Shown piece by piece: positions 60,501 through 64,000 of a stretch of 64,000 nt of DNA. Position numbers and translations under genes: made by a program. Where the stretch lies: contig NC_085844.1 in NCBI RefSeq assembly GCF_035594765.1, positions 195,812,107 through 195,876,106 on the forward strand. Direction: 5' to 3'. A model generated the notes under the pieces. The model worked only from the letters and a program-made list of their open reading frames with translations. It had not been told where the DNA came from and made no database searches. This DNA comes from Anolis carolinensis (Eukaryota). Numbering within the stretch: the first letter of the stretch is position 1; every line of letters begins with the position of its first letter.

Positions 60501-63500
60501 CCTGACATATCAAGTGTGATCTACACTAATGCAGTTCCAAACGGCATATATAGCAGTGTAGTTCCAGCCATAGTGGGTGGGGGAGAGGGGAGATTGGGGA
60601 GAAAGGGGGAAGATAGGTGCATTTTTGAAGTACAAAAATTTAACAAATCTAGAAGATTGAAGGCAGAATAAGAAATATAGAGTAATCCCACACAGTAGGG
60701 ATAGGGCACAAAAAAGAAAACAAGCCATTTCCCATTGCATCTGTCAGCAAAATGTAAGGGCCTGATCCCTTCCTGTGAATCACAGCAATCTTTTTATTGA
60801 TTTACATGAACTGAAATAGGTTCTTAAGGGGGGAGAGACAATATATCAGTTTGATTGCTTATTCAACAGCAACAGCAACCCTCCATCCTGTAAAATATTT
60901 CAATCAATTGCCTGAGCATGTTGAACAAACCAATCGGACTCAGGCACGCACAAAGTACGCACAAAACTCCCATAGCAACGAGGAAAAGGACATGGCAACA
61001 ACAGTTGCTATTCTGAAGAAAAATGTTCTTGCTGATGTTTTCTTTTTCTTTTTTAAAGCCAGATCACACACACATTGCTCCATTTCTACCTATCTTCCCT
61101 TGTATAAAAGGGCATACAAGAAAAATAACCCTGTGCAACAAGGACACAAGAAAAACAAAGATAGGAAATCTAGTTGAGTGAAGGGGGAACCATTCATGGA
61201 AGCTTATACAGACAGCATATCTCCTTCTTTATATGAAAACCTATGTTATAGCCATGGTTATTATTGTTTTTGTTTTGAGGTTGATTTTGCATCATGATGA
61301 TGTGCACACAATTTGGGAGATACCAATGCTCTCTTTGAGAAAACAATGCCTTGCAAAATGGAGAGTCAACAAGGAACATGCACACTTACATGCATGATTT
61401 TCCTGCTTTCTCTTTCCATATAAAATAAGGCATTATATTACATTAAAATAATATTATGTAAAGCATATGTGTAAACTACTGGCTCTTTCTAAAACAGAAA
61501 CTGAAATTAATTATTTAAAGAGGACTTGCTGATCATTCTTACCAGATCTACGTTTACCCATCTCAAATACAGGTAGAGCATCTTCTATCCAAAATACTTG
61601 GGACAAGAATGTTTTAGATTTCAGATTTTGAGGGATTTTAGAATATCTTATTTTCATATATGGGCATGGGACCCAAGTCTAAACTCGAATTTATTTGTGC
61701 TTCATGCACACCTTGTACACATAGCCTGAAGGTAATTTTATACACAATATTTGTAATAATTTTATATATGAAACAAAGTTTGTGTGCACTGAACCACCAG
61801 AGAGCAAAAGTGTCACTATCTCAGCTTCCCATGTGGATAATTTTGGAGGATTTTCAGATTTCTGGGTAAGGGATGCTCAACGTGCACAGATGTACTGTAT
61901 GTAGGCATACCTTAACAGACACTCATTCGTGTTTCTTAGGTTATCTGGTCTGTGGTATCAAGCAATGCAAGGACTGTGGTTATGTTCTGTGACATAAAAT
62001 ATTCTTCCCCTTTAATTTCTACTACATCTGTTTTTCTTAACTACATTTGTTTAAAATAAACTACAATTTCCATAAATTAATAAGTACTGTATGTCCGAAA
62101 TTGGTTGGTTCTAAAGTGAATTTTTCCCTTCTCTATACTAAAAGGCAGCACTTTAACAAGAGATTAAAGAAATTCATGTGAGTTGTATCTATGGCTTGTG
62201 AAACCCATGTTCAGAAGACAATATGCCTCTGAATGCAAAGGACAAGAAGGAATTGATGAACTGAGATACATTTCATTAACCTCAGAGGAGCATCTGACTT
62301 GATAACTAAGTAAAGATAAAGGTTTCCCCTGACATTAAGTCTAGTCGTGTCTGACTCTGGGGTTGGTGCTCATCTCCATTTCTAAGCCAAAGAGCCGGCA
62401 TTGTCCATAAACACCTCCAAGGTCATGTGGCCAGCATGACTGCATGGAGCACCGTTAACTTCGTAACTGATGTGCAGCTAATGTCTTCCCCAACTAATGT
62501 GTTGGGGAACACATGTATCTTCAAGTATTAAAAGACTGCAACTCACATCATCTCTCATAATTTGCAATCCTGGCGAGCGCTGATGACAGCTGCAGTCCAA
62601 CAACATCTCAGGGTGCATCTACACTGTAGAATTAATGCAGTTTGACACCACTATGACTCAATGCAGTAGAATCATGGGAACTGTAGTTTGGGAAGCCGCA
62701 CCAGCACTCTTTGGCAGAAAAGGTTAAAACACTTCCATGATTCCATAGCACTGAACTATGGCAGTAAAAGTAGTGCCAAGCTGCTTTAATTCTACAGTAT
62801 AGGCGCACCCTTAGCTACATATTATACACCCTTGTATTAGATTATCTTTAGCTAACTTAGCAAGAAAGCTTTTCTCCTCTTTTGACATGTCACTTGCCAA
62901 ATACCAAAAGCGGACTGCTTCATCTATTCAAGATGTGCTGAATTTAAAAACCTGATATAATTCAATAGTGAAACTGAACATGTTTCCAAAAAATAAAGTC
63001 TCATACCTGCTCTCAGGCTATCAGTGCACCTGAAAGACTACTGGTTTCATAGCCTACAGCATCAGAGAAATCAATGTCATGAGACACAGCCACAAATATC
63101 CAAATCTCAAAGAAAATGCTATCAGAAACTACTATGTACTGGCTATATGTGACATCCAAAATTAACATTATCTCTGAATACCAGCTGCCATAAAACACAA
63201 CTAGGAAGGTGCTGTTGCACAAATATCCTGCCTATGAGATTCTCATAAGCATTTGACTATTGTGCTTCTTTGGCCTGTTTTAGGACAACTTTTCTTATAC
63301 TAACATTTACTTGAAAACAGTAATATAGTATAACTTTATATCATACTAGGGCAAACCTGTTTCTACACAAGAATCACATGTGAAAACTGGTTGTTATCCT
63401 AATATCATAACTATCTGCAGTCTGAATACTTTGTCCCTGTTCAGAAATCAACATACCCTGTCCAGTCAGGCAGCGACGTCCACTCTCAAAAGAAAAGAGA

Positions 63501-63643
63501 CTGGAATCATAACCATATCGACGTAAGCAGAGATATGGCCACCGAACGGCATCACGTTTGTGCGTGTGCAAAACAAGCTCCCTCTGGGTCAACTCCATAA
63601 TCCCTGAGCCCAACTCGTTGCCTTCATCGTCGACATTTGTGAC
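54588..63643 (-). CDS. FRS3: Fibroblast growth factor receptor substrate 3 (5'-partial; first coding exon lies beyond the window)
   Basis: Exons 63643-63457 (IRS-type PTB: [14 protein letters not shown]), 59756-59595 ([24 protein letters not shown]), 58283-58126, 55526-54588 (YVN, YEN x2, LNYIQV, YAVID, C-terminus RHNSTDLPL). Phases consistent. WPYL and DLPL plus position next to PGC favour FRS3 over FRS2. Confidence 0.95.
56903..57214 (-). mobile_element. Sauria-type SINE
   Basis: Reverse complement of the 36322 and 40750 copies. Confidence 0.8.
57461..57686 (+). mobile_element. R4/Dong(Rex6)-clade LINE 3' end
   Basis: Translates ...[14 protein letters not shown]..., bounded by TAA repeats on both sides. 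Confidence 0.65.
58362..58795. mobile_element. Hairpin-rich MITE remnant followed by a palindromic MITE (58649-58795)
   Basis: Three internal inverted repeats 58398-58543; GGATCTACACT / AGTGTAGATCC ends of the second element. Confidence 0.55.
61570..61885. mobile_element. Tc1/mariner (Tigger-like) MITE
   Basis: CAGGTAGAGCATC / GATGCTCAAC ends, TA 5' flank. Confidence 0.55.
62313..62460 (-). mobile_element. Sauria-type SINE 3' half
   Basis: AAAGGTTTCCCCTGACATTAAGTCTAGTC..., reverse complement of the tail region of other copies. Confidence 0.75.
62611..62810. mobile_element. Palindromic MITE (PIF/Harbinger-like)
   Basis: GGGTGCATCTACACTGTAGAATTAA / TTAATTCTACAGTATAGGCGCACCC. Confidence 0.65.
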
Positions 63644-64000
63644 CTGTAGGAATGGCAAAAACCACCATCTGGAGCTCCAGGCATTACGCCAAATAGCATA
63701 TTAGTACACAGACCAGATACTGTACAAAATTAGATGCTGGCAAATTGTTTGTTTAGAAAGGTACACAGGTTTAGCATTCCTTCCTTGACACAATCCCTTT
63801 TGGTCTTATAAAATGTGGAAATCCGTTAAAGCAGGCATGTCCCGTGGGCTGCATATAGTCCAAGTTAAAATTAACTAATAAAATAAAGAGCAAATGGACT
63901 CTCTTGCAATGTTGCATAAAATAAATTGTGAAAAGTAATTCAAGTGTGTATTCTCTACTAAGCACAGTGCTGCCAAGCACAGTGCACTCTCATTATTTGT

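Overview
Vertebrate genomic DNA, very likely a squamate reptile of the Anolis type (Sauria-type SINEs, Penelope, R4, hAT/mariner MITEs). It holds three complete, intact 9-exon pepsinogen genes in tandem on the minus strand. Two are closely related pepsinogen B-like genes (CDS 16178-8816, 390 aa; CDS 29287-22635, 388 aa) and one is a canonical progastricsin/pepsinogen C (CDS 41353-33922, 389 aa). Upstream lie the last four coding exons of FRS3 (63643-54588, minus), matching the known FRS3-PGC neighbourhood. All exons were read by hand, with GT-AG introns and consistent phases. The most notable signal is that the two PGB-like duplicates have near-identical propeptides but separately remodelled substrate clefts (pig pepsin numbering): Phe13/Tyr219, loss of Tyr9 and a 2-aa insertion in one; Tyr13/Cys219, a DSG first motif and a YGAGD flap in the other. 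Other observations: conserved and GATA-rich promoter modules, a retained fourth Grb2-type site in FRS3, Penelope-derived palindromes with hammerhead-ribozyme cores, a fold-back insertion with a 15-bp TSD, and nested hAT elements. One N gap lies at 21019-21162. Repeat family names are pattern-based, not database-confirmed.
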